This document shows, one piece after another, positions 41,031 through 51,030 of a DNA stretch of 64,000 nucleotides. How positions within the stretch are numbered: position 1 is the stretch's first letter; each line of letters begins with the position of its first letter. The stretch is from Syntrophales bacterium (GTDB lineage Bacteria > Desulfobacterota > Syntrophia > Syntrophales > UBA2210). The notes below the pieces were generated by a model that did not search any database, was not told where the DNA came from, and was given only the letters and a program-made list of their open reading frames with translations. Made by a program: the position numbers and the translations under genes. The stretch lies in contig CAXXNF010000002.1 in NCBI GenBank assembly GCA_963666365.2, forward strand, positions 1,280,001-1,344,000, given 5' to 3'.

Positions 41031-42278
41031 CTATTTATATTTCGTCAAATCCAGTTCGCTCATCAACTCCTCAATCGATTCCGTTTCATCGATTGAAAGA
41101 TAGCCGTCGCTCATACCGCTCTCCCAGGAGGGGGGAAGGACATCCTCTTTCGCTTCCTGCATACCAGAGCTTTGAACGCTTTTCTGCACGGACTTTCGAG
41201 GAACCGGTGGCACCACAACGGGCGATTTGTAGGACGACTCCACGGAAATATCAGAAGTTGCCTGAAAAATTTGGGAAGGGCGGAAGAAGTTTGCGCGCTC
41301 CTGTATATATTCCTTCAGGTAGCGTTCTTTCGTGAACATCCCTTCTCCGCGACTCATCTGCACGGCGCCTTCGAGCTGATTCAGTTTATTGTCCCTGATG
41401 AGCGCTTTGATCGACGACCGCCCTCGCACTACTTCAAGAACAGGCACTCTGATGCCTGCTCGCTCGTAATAGAAGAGATGCTGTGAGACAAGCCATGCGA
41501 GGCTCGACGCAAGCTGGTATCTGATTTCACTCTGGGATTCCGGGGGGAAGGCATAACAGAGCCGGTATACCGCCTCTTCGGCGTTGGTGGCATGGAGCGT
41601 CGTAATGACGAGGTGTCCCGATTCCGCCGCATTCAGACACAGCTTCATCGTCTCCGGCTCCCTCAGCTCTCCTATTACGATAATATCCGAATCCTCACGA
41701 AGGGCATCGAGAAGTCCCCGTTCAAAGGAGGGCGTATCGGCATCGATCTCCCGCTGCTGGACAAAAGATTTCTTTGAGGTAAACCGGTACTCGATCGGAT
41801 CTTCCAGGGTAATGATGTGGCTTGCTCGTTTCTGATTTATTTCATCGATAATTGCCGCAATCGTGGTTGTTTTTCCCGTGCCCGTGGCGCCGCAGATCAG
41901 CACAAGGCCCGCGGTAAGCTCACTGATTTCGTGAAGTGAGGGATGAAGATTCAATTGATCGATTGAGGGAACGCGACCGGGCAGAAGACGGGCGGCGATA
42001 CTCAGCCCCCTGGCCGTGCTGAATATGTTGATCCTCAATCTGACGCGTTCCAGTGTAGTGGAATAATCGATCGATAATCGTTCCTTCAGCTTTTGCATCT
42101 GCCGGGCAGAAAGCAGCTGCTTCACCATCGCGTCCAGTTCCTGGGCGCTCCACTGCACTTTCGATTGAAACTGAATCTGTCCGTTGACGCGATACACCAT
42201 CGGATGACCACCGGTGATATGAACATCCGATATTCCCGTGCCCATGGCGGATCGAATCACGCTTTTGAACTTCTCCAT
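41031..42278 (-). CDS. PilT/PilU-family ATPase
   Basis: SDVHI, GATGTGKTTT, TLEDPIEY, GELRE, ESGHLV.TTLH. Confidence 0.9.
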   Translation of the reverse strand: MEKFKSVIRSAMGTGISDVHITGGHPMVYRVNGQIQFQSKVQWSAQELDAMVKQLLSARQMQKLKERLSIDYSTTLERVRLRINIFSTARGLSIAARLLPGRVPSIDQLNLHPSLHEISELTAGLVLICGATGTGKTTTIAAIIDEINQKRASHIITLEDPIEYRFTSKKSFVQQREIDADTPSFERGLLDALREDSDIIVIGELREPETMKLCLNAAESGHLVITTLHATNAEEAVYRLCYAFPPESQSEIRYQLASSLAWLVSQHLFYYERAGIRVPVLEVVRGRSSIKALIRDNKLNQLEGAVQMSRGEGMFTKERYLKEYIQERANFFRPSQIFQATSDISVESSYKSPVVVPPVPRKSVQKSVQSSGMQEAKEDVLPPSWESGMSDGYLSIDETESIEELMSELDLTKYK

Positions 42279-42349
42279 CTACATCCCCTTATCCTTTCAG
42301 TATAAAAAGGCCCCTATGCCGCATACCATCACCACAGGGCGGTGGATCT

Positions 42350-43099
42350 CTATTTCAGACGGTTTATGGTGCTTGCCATGCAGCCCGCGCCGAATCCATT
42401 GTCGATATTCACGACGGCGACCCCGCCGGCACAACTGTTGAGCATTGCAAGAAGGGCCGCCAAGCCGCCGAAGCTGGCCCCGTAGCCCACGCTGGTGGGA
42501 ACGGCGATCACCGGTTTATCCACAAGACCGCCTACGACGCTTGCCAGTGCGCCCTCCATGCCGGCCACGACAATCACGACCCGGGCGCCCCGGATTATTT
42601 CAATCTTGTCGAATAGACGGTGTATTCCGGCGACTCCTACATCAAACACTCTTTCGACTTTGTTCCCCAGTATTTCCGCCGTCACGGCCGCTTCTTCCGC
42701 TACGGGCATATCGGATGTTCCTGCCGTCACCACAGCGATGGAGCCCTTGGGGGATTCGACGGTATTTTTTTCAATAACAATGGTCCGGGCAATTTCATGA
42801 AACCTTGCATTTCCGCAGAGCTTCGACACTGCTTCAAACATTTCCCCTGTGGCGCGGGTCGCCAGAATGTTTGTATCCCTTGTAAGCATGTACGCAACAA
42901 TATCCCTTACTTGATCTGTCGTTTTTCCGGCGCAGAAGATCACCTCCGGGTACCCTGCCCTCACGGGCCGGTCATTGTCGATCGTGGCGAAACCGAGATC
43001 CTTGAAGAACATTTCTCTGATGCGGTCAACCGCTCCGTCGATTTCCAGACCGCCATCCCGCACCTCACGGAGCAATGTGTTCAAATCGTTCTGCAACAT
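42350..43099 (-). CDS. larB: Nickel-pincer cofactor carboxylase/hydrolase LarB
   Basis: PEVIFCAGK, AGTSDMPVAEEA, DVGVAGIHR, AGMEGAL, PTSVGYG, VVNIDNGFGA. Confidence 0.95.
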   Translation of the reverse strand: MLQNDLNTLLREVRDGGLEIDGAVDRIREMFFKDLGFATIDNDRPVRAGYPEVIFCAGKTTDQVRDIVAYMLTRDTNILATRATGEMFEAVSKLCGNARFHEIARTIVIEKNTVESPKGSIAVVTAGTSDMPVAEEAAVTAEILGNKVERVFDVGVAGIHRLFDKIEIIRGARVVIVVAGMEGALASVVGGLVDKPVIAVPTSVGYGASFGGLAALLAMLNSCAGGVAVVNIDNGFGAGCMASTINRLK

Positions 43100-43115
43100 C
43101 TCTTTGTCTATCCCT

Positions 43116-43907
43116 TCACCCGTTCATATTCCCCATAACATAGCCATCGAGATCCAGCGACACATAGCGATAGCCATAACCCTTCAGCGTCTTTGAAACG
43201 GCATCCATGAAATCTTCATGGCTGAATCGCCGTCTGGTTTCGCGGTCAACCTCGATGCGGGCGGTCTTCCCGTCGCTTCTTACTCTCACAGACGACAACC
43301 CCTGTGCCGTCAGATATGCTTCAGCCTTTTCGATTCGCCGCAGCTCCTCGTCCGTCACCTCATGTCCCGCGGGCATCCGTGTCATAAGACAGCTGTTGGG
43401 CGCTTTCTTTGAGAGCGGATCTCCCTGTCCGGCAAGCCACTGACGTATATCCCCTTTGACAATGCCGGACGCCGCGAGGGGACTTTCAATCTCCAGTTCC
43501 CGGAGCGCCCCTATGCCCGGGCGGTAGTCCGAAAGATCATCGGCATTGGTGCCGTCCAGTATGTGCACAAAGCCGCGTGCCGAGGCAGTTTTCTGTATAA
43601 GTCCGAAGGCATGGCGTTTACAGAGATAGCACCGATTTTCCGGGTTATATCGAAGTTCATCGCTCAGGGGCATGTCGAGGCAAATATGGTCTACCTGCAG
43701 CTTCCGTACAATCCGTTCCGCATCTTCAAGATCGCCTGCAATAGTATAGGGAGCGGTAATCGTAACGGCCAGCAGGCGTTCCCCCAGCACCTCGGAGGCG
43801 TGATGCAGGAGAAAAGCACTGTCCTGTCCCCCGGAAAAAGCCACGGCACAGGCGCCGAGCTTTTTCAAATAGTCGCGAAGATGAGCAATTTTTTGCGACA
43901 TGGGCAT
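43116..43907 (-). CDS. larE: Nickel-pincer cofactor sulfur insertase LarE
   Basis: PP-loop AFSGGQDS, RCYLCK, DGTNADD...RPG, SCL.TR, VRVR. Confidence 0.93.
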   Translation of the reverse strand: MPMSQKIAHLRDYLKKLGACAVAFSGGQDSAFLLHHASEVLGERLLAVTITAPYTIAGDLEDAERIVRKLQVDHICLDMPLSDELRYNPENRCYLCKRHAFGLIQKTASARGFVHILDGTNADDLSDYRPGIGALRELEIESPLAASGIVKGDIRQWLAGQGDPLSKKAPNSCLMTRMPAGHEVTDEELRRIEKAEAYLTAQGLSSVRVRSDGKTARIEVDRETRRRFSHEDFMDAVSKTLKGYGYRYVSLDLDGYVMGNMNG

Positions 43908-43934
43908 GTGAGCTTTCCTCGAAGGGACCCTTTC

Positions 43935-45132
43935 CTATTCCTCGTCACCGCGCTGTGTCTTTTCAACCGCCTCGTATACTTCGCGAAGTCCCGCGCCGCA
44001 CTCTTCCGCAAGACGCCGGCAGTCTTCATACTCCGGCTTCGACTTGATCTTTTTCCCTCGGAGATAGGTATTCTTTATCCTTACGTCGCCATAAGAGGTA
44101 CTGCGCACGGACACATCCCGCTGCAATGTTGTCCTTGTTACCTCCTGTTTTCTCAATCCGAGGGTCGTCGTTTCAGTCAGAATTATTTCCTCCACAGATG
44201 ACAATGCCTTGCCGTTGCATATCACCGACAGGATCACGGCGGGTCTCGTTTTCTTCATTATGACCGGTGTAAGATAGACGTCATGGGCGCCTGTCTGAAA
44301 GAGTTTTTTCCATCACAAACTCGTAGTGTTCCGGATTCATATCGTCGATATTGCATTCGACAAGCATCGTGCGCCCTTCATCTTCCATCGGCTGCATGTC
44401 CGGAACCTCACCCAGCATGACACGCAGCACATTGGAAATTTCCGCATCACGGTTTCCAATGCCGTACCCTGTTTTCAGGAGACGGACATGGAGCCTGTCC
44501 GTAAAACAATCCACCGTCGATGCAAGGATGGCCGCACCGGTCGGCGTGGTCGCTTCAAAGGGAAGGGCGCCCGTTTTTACCGGAATCCCCTTCAGAATTT
44601 CCGTCGTTGCCGGCGCCGGGACGGGCAGCCTCCCATGGGCGCAGGTCACAAACCCGCCGCCCAGTTCCACTGAAGAGGCCATAACCCGGTCGACCCTGAG
44701 CGCATCCAGGCACAGGGCGGCGCCCACAATGTCGACGATTGCATCAACGGCTCCTACCTCATGAAAATGGACCTCTTCGACATCCGTTCCGTGAACGCAT
44801 GCCTCCGCCTGGGCAAGCTTTGTAAAAATAGCCAGGCTCATCTCCTTGATTGCAGCACCGAGACTGCTCTTTTCTATTATTTCCCGTATATCATGAAGAT
44901 GCCGATGGTGACCTTGGCCGTGACCCGGATCTTCTTCCTCCAGAATTACATCGGCTTTCGTTCCCCGGATGCCCCGGCGCTCCGCTTTGTAAACCTTCAG
45001 CGCATACCCTCCAAGATGGAGTTTTTCCAGTTCCCCCGCAAGATACCCCTGATCCACTCCCAGATCGACCAATGCACCCAGATTCATGTCGCCGCTGATT
45101 CCGGCGAAACAGTCGTAATATAATATTCTCAC
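43935..45132 (-). pseudogene. larC: Nickel insertase LarC, split by a frameshift in an A6 run
   Basis: 5' ORF 44281-45132 (AGISGDM, HFHEVGA.D, AHG.LPVPAPAT, TPTGAA, ECNIDD) and 3' ORF 43935-44258 (MKK.RP, ETTTLG.R, KPEYED); removing one A at 44304-44309 restores MEKLFQTGAHDVYLTPVIMKKTRP. Confidence 0.85.
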
Positions 45133-45367
45133 TTAGTGCAGTCCCTCGCTTGTCCGGTTCACTTCGTTCCGACATATATTTGCCGTCATTATACGTCCGC
45201 CGCGTCTCATGAAACATATAGAGAGAAATCATAATCATTGCCGGAAGGGATTGCAATATATAAATGTGACCGCTGGCGGGCATTAATTATTCCTTGCCCT
45301 TTCATTATTTTCCGTAATGCATTATAAGATGAGCACTATGATTTTTTTCGACAGGAGGCTGAGTCCT

Positions 45368-46156
45368 ATGGAAGTAACGGGAAAAGTAGTGGTCGTCACA
45401 GGCGGAGCAAGCGGCATCGGCGCCGCGTTATGCAAAAGGTTCGCGCAGGAAGGCGCAAAGGCGGTTGTTGTAGCCGACGTAAACGAGGATGGAGCAAAGG
45501 CGGTGGCACAGGAAATACAGGGAGTGGCTGCCGTCTGCGATGTGCGGCGGGAAACTGATGTAATCGACCTGGTGAACATGACCGAGGAAAAGGTAGGGCC
45601 TATCGATCTTTTCTGTTCCAATGCGGGAATTATCGCAATCGGCGGCGTGGAAGTCACCAACGAGGAATGGCAGCGCATCTGGGAAATCAATGTACTGGCT
45701 CACATCTATGTGGGACGGGCGATCATTCCCCGCATGATCGAACGAGGCGGAGGATCCATGCTGATCACGGCTTCGGCGGCGGGTCTGCTCAGTCAGATCG
45801 GTTCGCTCCCCTATTCGGTGACAAAGCATGCGGCGGTGGGACTGGCCGAAAATCTTGCCATCACCTACGGCGGTCAGGGCATCAAGGTGTACGCACTCTG
45901 CCCGCAGGCGGTCCGCTCGGAAATGACGCGTCAGTTTGACGGCGGCGGCGTTGCGGCAGTCGACGGCCTGATGGAACCGGAAGTGCTCGCCGATTCGGTA
46001 ATCGAGGCATTCAGACAGGAAAAGTTCCTCATACTGCCCCATGCCGAAGTCCTCACCTATATGCAGAGGAAGGCATCCGATTACGACCGCTGGCTTACGG
46101 GCATGCAGCGGCTTCAGACGCGCTACAACGAAGGAACACCGTTAAAGCAGAAGTAG
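45368..46156 (+). CDS. SDR-family oxidoreductase
   Basis: TGGASGIG, SNAG, YSVTK. Confidence 0.92.
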   Translation: MEVTGKVVVVTGGASGIGAALCKRFAQEGAKAVVVADVNEDGAKAVAQEIQGVAAVCDVRRETDVIDLVNMTEEKVGPIDLFCSNAGIIAIGGVEVTNEEWQRIWEINVLAHIYVGRAIIPRMIERGGGSMLITASAAGLLSQIGSLPYSVTKHAAVGLAENLAITYGGQGIKVYALCPQAVRSEMTRQFDGGGVAAVDGLMEPEVLADSVIEAFRQEKFLILPHAEVLTYMQRKASDYDRWLTGMQRLQTRYNEGTPLKQK

Positions 46157-46181
46157 AGAACCGAGATTTGAAAATACCCTG

Positions 46182-46212
46182 TCGCCCTTTTCTCTGTACA
46201 AGAAAAGGGCGA
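46182..46212. terminator. Hairpin between convergent genes (probable bidirectional terminator)
   Basis: TCGCCCTTTTCT-N7-AGAAAAGGGCGA, perfect 12-bp stem. Confidence 0.75.
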
Positions 46213-46218
46213 TGCGCG

Positions 46219-46944
46219 TTAAACCGAATGCGTGCGCCTGATGTTGCGCCCCTTGGTACTTCCAAAGGGACAGGAAGACACACAGAGTCCGCACGGATGG
46301 TCCTTCCGATATACACTACAGGCAAAGGCATTGAAACGTGCCTCTCGATTGTCTTCGTCTTTGAACTCTATACCGGTAAAGGCACCGACAGGGCATGTAT
46401 CGACGCACACCCGGCAGTTGCCGCAGTTTCGATTAAGGGGGACTCCGGGTTCAAGCGGGGCATCGGTCAAGACCGAGACAAAACGCACCCGGGGACCGGA
46501 ATCTTCCGTCACCAGGAGCGCGCTTTTTCCGATCCACCCCAGCCCCGCGAGGTGTGCGGCAAGCTTGTGAGAAAAGAGCCCCGCCAGTTTTTCCATGTTA
46601 TAGGGCGTGGACGCTGGAATGGGAAATGATTCGAAACCCTGCCTCGCAATCCATCGCGAGACATCACCGGCCAGAAAATCCAGCGCCGGCGTCACCACAC
46701 TGTAGACATGGTGCCAGTAATGGCTTTCCCGAACCGATTCGCCGGGACTGTGCCCTTCAACGATCGCATCGTTAAGCCGCATCCCGAGAGACACCGCCCT
46801 GGGGAAACGGTCCACATTAATTTCCCCCTGAGATCGGACAAAATCCGCCGCCCGTGCCAGATCGGCAACGCCAAAGAACTCGGCGCCCCTCTCAAGGGAA
46901 TATTCTTTCAGGTGCTGCGTCAGAGAAACTTCATCTAAGTTCAT
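46219..46944 (-). CDS. QueG-like 4Fe-4S double-cluster protein
   Basis: SHKLAAHLAGLGWIGKS, GPRVRF.SVLTD, CGNCRVCVDTCP, CGLCVSSCP. Confidence 0.85.
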   Translation of the reverse strand: MNLDEVSLTQHLKEYSLERGAEFFGVADLARAADFVRSQGEINVDRFPRAVSLGMRLNDAIVEGHSPGESVRESHYWHHVYSVVTPALDFLAGDVSRWIARQGFESFPIPASTPYNMEKLAGLFSHKLAAHLAGLGWIGKSALLVTEDSGPRVRFVSVLTDAPLEPGVPLNRNCGNCRVCVDTCPVGAFTGIEFKDEDNREARFNAFACSVYRKDHPCGLCVSSCPFGSTKGRNIRRTHSV

Positions 46945-47047
46945 ACTGTCCTTTTGTCAGTAATAATGTAGTTGAAACGTGTGTGATGTGATATTCTCAT
47001 AACCTTGACAGCATATTATATCATCCTGCGTTTCTGTTATGAAACTT

Positions 47048-47809
47048 CTACCCCTCGTCAAGGTGAAACCGCCAGGCACAGAACCATTCGTCGGGATGCG
47101 CATCGGGTGGACAGCCGATACATTCTGTGCGAATCCGGGAATCTACCGCTTCCGCGAAGGTCCCGTATTCCACGAGACCCACCGATTTGCAGGGATAATC
47201 TTCGAGCCCCTTCCGCTTTCTCGCCGACTGGACGCGGCAGTCGTTCATCTGAAAGACAACGCTGTGCGGTCCCTCGTCAATGATTGATTGTACGTTGATC
47301 CGGGCGTACATTCTGAACTGGAGCGCCTTTTTCAACCCCTCCAGACCCGCCTTTTCAGGAAGTTCCAGAAACCGCTTGATCGACCAGGCTTCGAAAGGCG
47401 AGAACCGGGTCCAGCAGGAATCGTTGCACCGCTTCGCATCGAACATGCCCTTCTTCATCTCGACGGCCTGAAACCAGACACCGTCATTGGCAAGCCAGTT
47501 GATGGCGATATTCCTGAGAAGGTCCGTCAGCGCTTCCTTCGACATACGACCCAGCGCTGAGGGAATGCCCTCCTCCATTTCAAATCCGAGGGTCTTTCCC
47601 AAGCGATCCATCTGAATCGCATAACTCCGGTCACGGGCGGTTCCCATGATATCCAGCGCCTTTTCAAGTCCGAACTGATGTTCCACTTCCCGAAACCAGA
47701 GGGTATAGTGGACCATAATCCGGTGAAACATGTCCAGGGCCAGTCGCGCCAGCTCTTTTTCGTCAAGATCTTCCGGTCGTGCAATATCATTCACCATCGT
47801 AGTGTGCAT
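47048..47809 (-). CDS. DUF6125-family protein
   Basis: Repeated HY.LWF..VE / W.ANDGVWFQAVE units, CRVQ.AR, PCK.VG, CPPD.HP...CAW. Confidence 0.72.
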   Translation of the reverse strand: MHTTMVNDIARPEDLDEKELARLALDMFHRIMVHYTLWFREVEHQFGLEKALDIMGTARDRSYAIQMDRLGKTLGFEMEEGIPSALGRMSKEALTDLLRNIAINWLANDGVWFQAVEMKKGMFDAKRCNDSCWTRFSPFEAWSIKRFLELPEKAGLEGLKKALQFRMYARINVQSIIDEGPHSVVFQMNDCRVQSARKRKGLEDYPCKSVGLVEYGTFAEAVDSRIRTECIGCPPDAHPDEWFCAWRFHLDEG

Positions 47810-47835
47810 CCTTTCTCAAAATTAAACGACGCTTT

Positions 47836-47917
47836 TCTCACGCAGAGGCGCTGAGAACGCCAAGAAAACCCATCTTATTGTTTTTTTTGCTCTGCCTCTG
47901 TGCATCTCCGCGCGATA
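47836..47917. repeat. Degenerate palindromic REP/MITE-like element
   Basis: Left arm TCTCACGCAGAGGCGCTGAGAACGC, right arm GCCTCTGTGCATCTCCGCGCGA around an AT-rich spacer. Confidence 0.5.
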
Positions 47918-48154
47918 TGTTTTTTTCATCCTGGATATCACAAACCCGCCCTTCGGTCCACTTTTCCGGGATTTTTTAATGCCCCGCTGATTTCTGCACT
48001 GGTTCTGCATTGTCTGCTTCGAAGCAGTGGACGGGAAATATTTCTTGACATTTCACAAAAAAAAGGTGAAGTATTCGGCCTTTAATTGAAGATCCTCAGC
48101 CCATCCCCTATGGGGGATGAGCGATTCAGCTCAATCGCATGAAAGGATTACATC

Positions 48155-48910
48155 ATGCTTGTTGTCGAAGATCTCCAGGTAAAACTTGGCGATAAAGAAA
48201 TATTGCGACACATCGATCTTGAAATCCGCCCGGGGGAAACGCACATTCTCTTCGGCCCCAATGGATCGGGAAAGACATCGCTGCTGATGACGCTCATGGG
48301 ATATCCCCAGTACCGCATCACGGCGGGGAAAATCCTTTTCAAGGGGGAAGATATCACCCATATGACCATCGACGAGCGCGCCCGTCTCGGCATCGGCATG
48401 TCCTACCAGCGTCCCCCCAGTATCCAGGGACTCAAAACAAGACAGATGGTAGAGATTTGCGCGGGAAATGATGTCGATACGAAGGCACTTGCGGAACACC
48501 TCAATTTCACGGACTTTATGGACCGCGATGTGAATGTCGGGTTTTCCGGCGGTGAGATCAAACGTTCGGAATTGATGCAATTGATCGCGCAGAACCCCGA
48601 CCTGCTCCTTTTCGACGAGCCGGAATCGGGAGTGGATCTCGAAAATATCACACTCATCGGTAACACCATCAGTGAGCTTCTACAGCGCGATCACAAGTCC
48701 GCTGCCGGCAAATCGGTCAGGGAAATGAAAAGAGAACGGACAAAAATGGGGCTTATCATCACCCATACCGGATTCATTCTGGATTATGTCACCGCCGACA
48801 GGGGACAGGTTCTCTACGAGGGAGTTCTGGCATGCAAAAGCAACCCCATCGAAATATTCAAGCAGATTAAAGAGGTAGGATACGAGGAATGTGTGCGATG
48901 CGCGACTTAG
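48155..48910 (+). CDS. sufC: Fe-S assembly ATPase SufC/SmsC
   Basis: GPNGSGKT, DVNVGFSGGE.KRSE, DEPESGVD, ITHTG, C-terminal CVRC. Confidence 0.92.
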   Translation: MLVVEDLQVKLGDKEILRHIDLEIRPGETHILFGPNGSGKTSLLMTLMGYPQYRITAGKILFKGEDITHMTIDERARLGIGMSYQRPPSIQGLKTRQMVEICAGNDVDTKALAEHLNFTDFMDRDVNVGFSGGEIKRSELMQLIAQNPDLLLFDEPESGVDLENITLIGNTISELLQRDHKSAAGKSVREMKRERTKMGLIITHTGFILDYVTADRGQVLYEGVLACKSNPIEIFKQIKEVGYEECVRCAT

Positions 48911-50109
48911 ATTCCAAGGCCCGCGAGGCGAAAGAAAAAAAGGCGCCACTCGGCCCTGATATCGATTTGAACTCCTTTTCGATCGATAATCCTCTTCACG
49001 AGCAGATTAAGGATATAGAGCGTCTCCCCGAAACTGAGCGAGAACGCATGCTCATGGCCGGCATCGATACGAAAAAAGGCGAGCGATCGGGAACGTACCT
49101 CCAGAAGGACGGCACTTCCGTTTACTCAACATCTCTTCAGGAAGGCCTCGAGATTATTCCCATCAAGACGGCACTGGAGAAGCTGGACTGGGTCCAGGAC
49201 TATTATTGGAAGCTTCTTGACGTCGATACGGACAAATATACGGCCCGCGCCCGTCTCGATCTTCACAACGGCTACCTTATCCGGGCGCTGCCCGGGGCAA
49301 AGGTCACCTTCCCCGCCCAGGCCTGTATGTACATCGAAAAAGAAGGCTTCAGTCAGAACGTACACAACATCATCATTGCCGAGGAGGACTCGGAACTCCA
49401 CATCATTACGGGATGTGCAACCGCTGCGCACGTATCCAGAGGACTTCACGTGGGCATATCGGAGTATTATGTCAAGAAAGGGGCGACGCTGAGCTTCACC
49501 ATGATTCATCACTGGGCTGACGACGTCGCGGTCAGACCCCGGTCTGCCGGCGTGGTCGAAGAGGGCGGCCTCTTTCTCAATAACTATATTTCGATGAAAC
49601 CGGTCAAATCACTCCAGATGTATCCAACCACCTACCTCAAGGGCAAGGGCGCAGTAGCCCGGTTTTACAGTCTCCTCGTGGGAAGCCCCGGCGGGGAGCT
49701 CGACGTGGGTGGACGAGTGTATCTGAGCGCGGAAGATACGCGCGCTGAAGTGATCTCACGGGCAATTACCAACGGCGGCGCCATTGTCGCGCGGGGGGAC
49801 CTCATAGGAGAGGTTCCCGGCGTGCGGGGGCACCTGGAGTGTCAAGGCCTCATTCTGAACGGAGGATCGATACACGCCATTCCGGAACTCACGGGAAAAG
49901 TGGATGGCGTCGACATGTCTCATGAGGCGGCGGTAGGAAAAATCGCCCAGGATGAGATTCTCTATCTCATGTCCCGGGGACTGTCGGAGGACGAAGCAAC
50001 CGCAACCATCGTCAGAGGGTTCCTCAATGTGGACATTCCCGGTCTGCCGGCGCCGCTGAAGGCAGAGATCGACCGCGCCGTGGAACTCAGCCGTCAGGAT
50101 ATGATGTAG
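48898..50109 (+). CDS. sufB: Fe-S assembly scaffold SufB/SmsB
   Basis: QNVHN.IIAEE, ITGC, GHLECQGL, SHEAAVGKI..EI.YLMSRGL.E.EA...IVRGF. Confidence 0.88.
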   Translation: MRDLDSKAREAKEKKAPLGPDIDLNSFSIDNPLHEQIKDIERLPETERERMLMAGIDTKKGERSGTYLQKDGTSVYSTSLQEGLEIIPIKTALEKLDWVQDYYWKLLDVDTDKYTARARLDLHNGYLIRALPGAKVTFPAQACMYIEKEGFSQNVHNIIIAEEDSELHIITGCATAAHVSRGLHVGISEYYVKKGATLSFTMIHHWADDVAVRPRSAGVVEEGGLFLNNYISMKPVKSLQMYPTTYLKGKGAVARFYSLLVGSPGGELDVGGRVYLSAEDTRAEVISRAITNGGAIVARGDLIGEVPGVRGHLECQGLILNGGSIHAIPELTGKVDGVDMSHEAAVGKIAQDEILYLMSRGLSEDEATATIVRGFLNVDIPGLPAPLKAEIDRAVELSRQDMM

Positions 50110-50112
50110 CGG

Positions 50113-51030
50113 TTACCCCCTCTCTTCGAAATACCTTCGCATGCCCTCGATGCTGTTGGCGGCGAAGTAGCGCTCCCGCTCCCGCACATCATGGGGCAGC
50201 GTCGCAAACAGTTCCATTGAGGGATCGCGTTTCAGGATTTCACTGAAGACTGCTGAAAAAAATTCATCATCGTCCGAAGAAAGATGAGCCTCCACAATCT
50301 CGAGCCACAGGTCTATCTGATCGCGTGCCGCGGCAAACAGAGAGGAACCCCTTCTTTTTCGATAGCCGTAATGGGCAAAGCACAGATGTCGCGCATCGAT
50401 ATCGGCCGCCTTCATAATCGATTGCCGGTATGCTTCATAGACAAAACGGGCCGGTGATGCAATTCTCAGATAAAGTCCCCTTTCGGTGGGATAGGTGACT
50501 CCCGCCACCTCACCGATGAAGAGAATATCGTCCAGACGGTAGCAGACGTGGTGTGACGAATGGCCGGGCGTTTCTACCGTTTCAATGGTCATATCATCTG
50601 CTCTTATGAAATAATCGGGGGCGATATTTGACTCAGGCGTCGGTTCGATCGGTCCGTAGAGCTCGGCCAGGGAACCGAGAATCTCCTGCGACCCCTTCCA
50701 CAGCTTGGAAGGATCGATGAGATGCCGCACCACGCCCTTGTGGCAGAGCACCCTCGCTTCGGGAAACTGTTTCAGCAGCAGCCCCAGCCCGCCGACATGA
50801 TCGATATGAATATGGGTGATCATAATGACGTCGAGCCCTCTCACATCGAGTGATGTCAATGCCTCCAGGAGAACGGGAATGGTGGAAGCCGGTCCGGGAT
50901 CAATGAGAATTGCCGCATTCCCCCTTTTATACACCCAACTGCTGACAAAATGGTGAAATCCGGTCCGGGGCTGATCGAGATCGACAATATACAGGTCTTT
51001 AAGAGGCTGGTGAATCATGAATAATTTCAA
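50113..51030 (-). CDS. MBL-fold metallo-hydrolase
   Basis: THIHIDHVGG, TPGHSSHH, AHYG. Confidence 0.9.
   Translation of the reverse strand: MKLFMIHQPLKDLYIVDLDQPRTGFHHFVSSWVYKRGNAAILIDPGPASTIPVLLEALTSLDVRGLDVIMITHIHIDHVGGLGLLLKQFPEARVLCHKGVVRHLIDPSKLWKGSQEILGSLAELYGPIEPTPESNIAPDYFIRADDMTIETVETPGHSSHHVCYRLDDILFIGEVAGVTYPTERGLYLRIASPARFVYEAYRQSIMKAADIDARHLCFAHYGYRKRRGSSLFAAARDQIDLWLEIVEAHLSSDDDEFFSAVFSEILKRDPSMELFATLPHDVRERERYFAANSIEGMRRYFEERG

Noticed and set aside
46219..46944. Reductive dehalogenase
   Set aside because: Too short, no Tat signal and no rdhB anchor; QueG-like Fe-S protein fits better.
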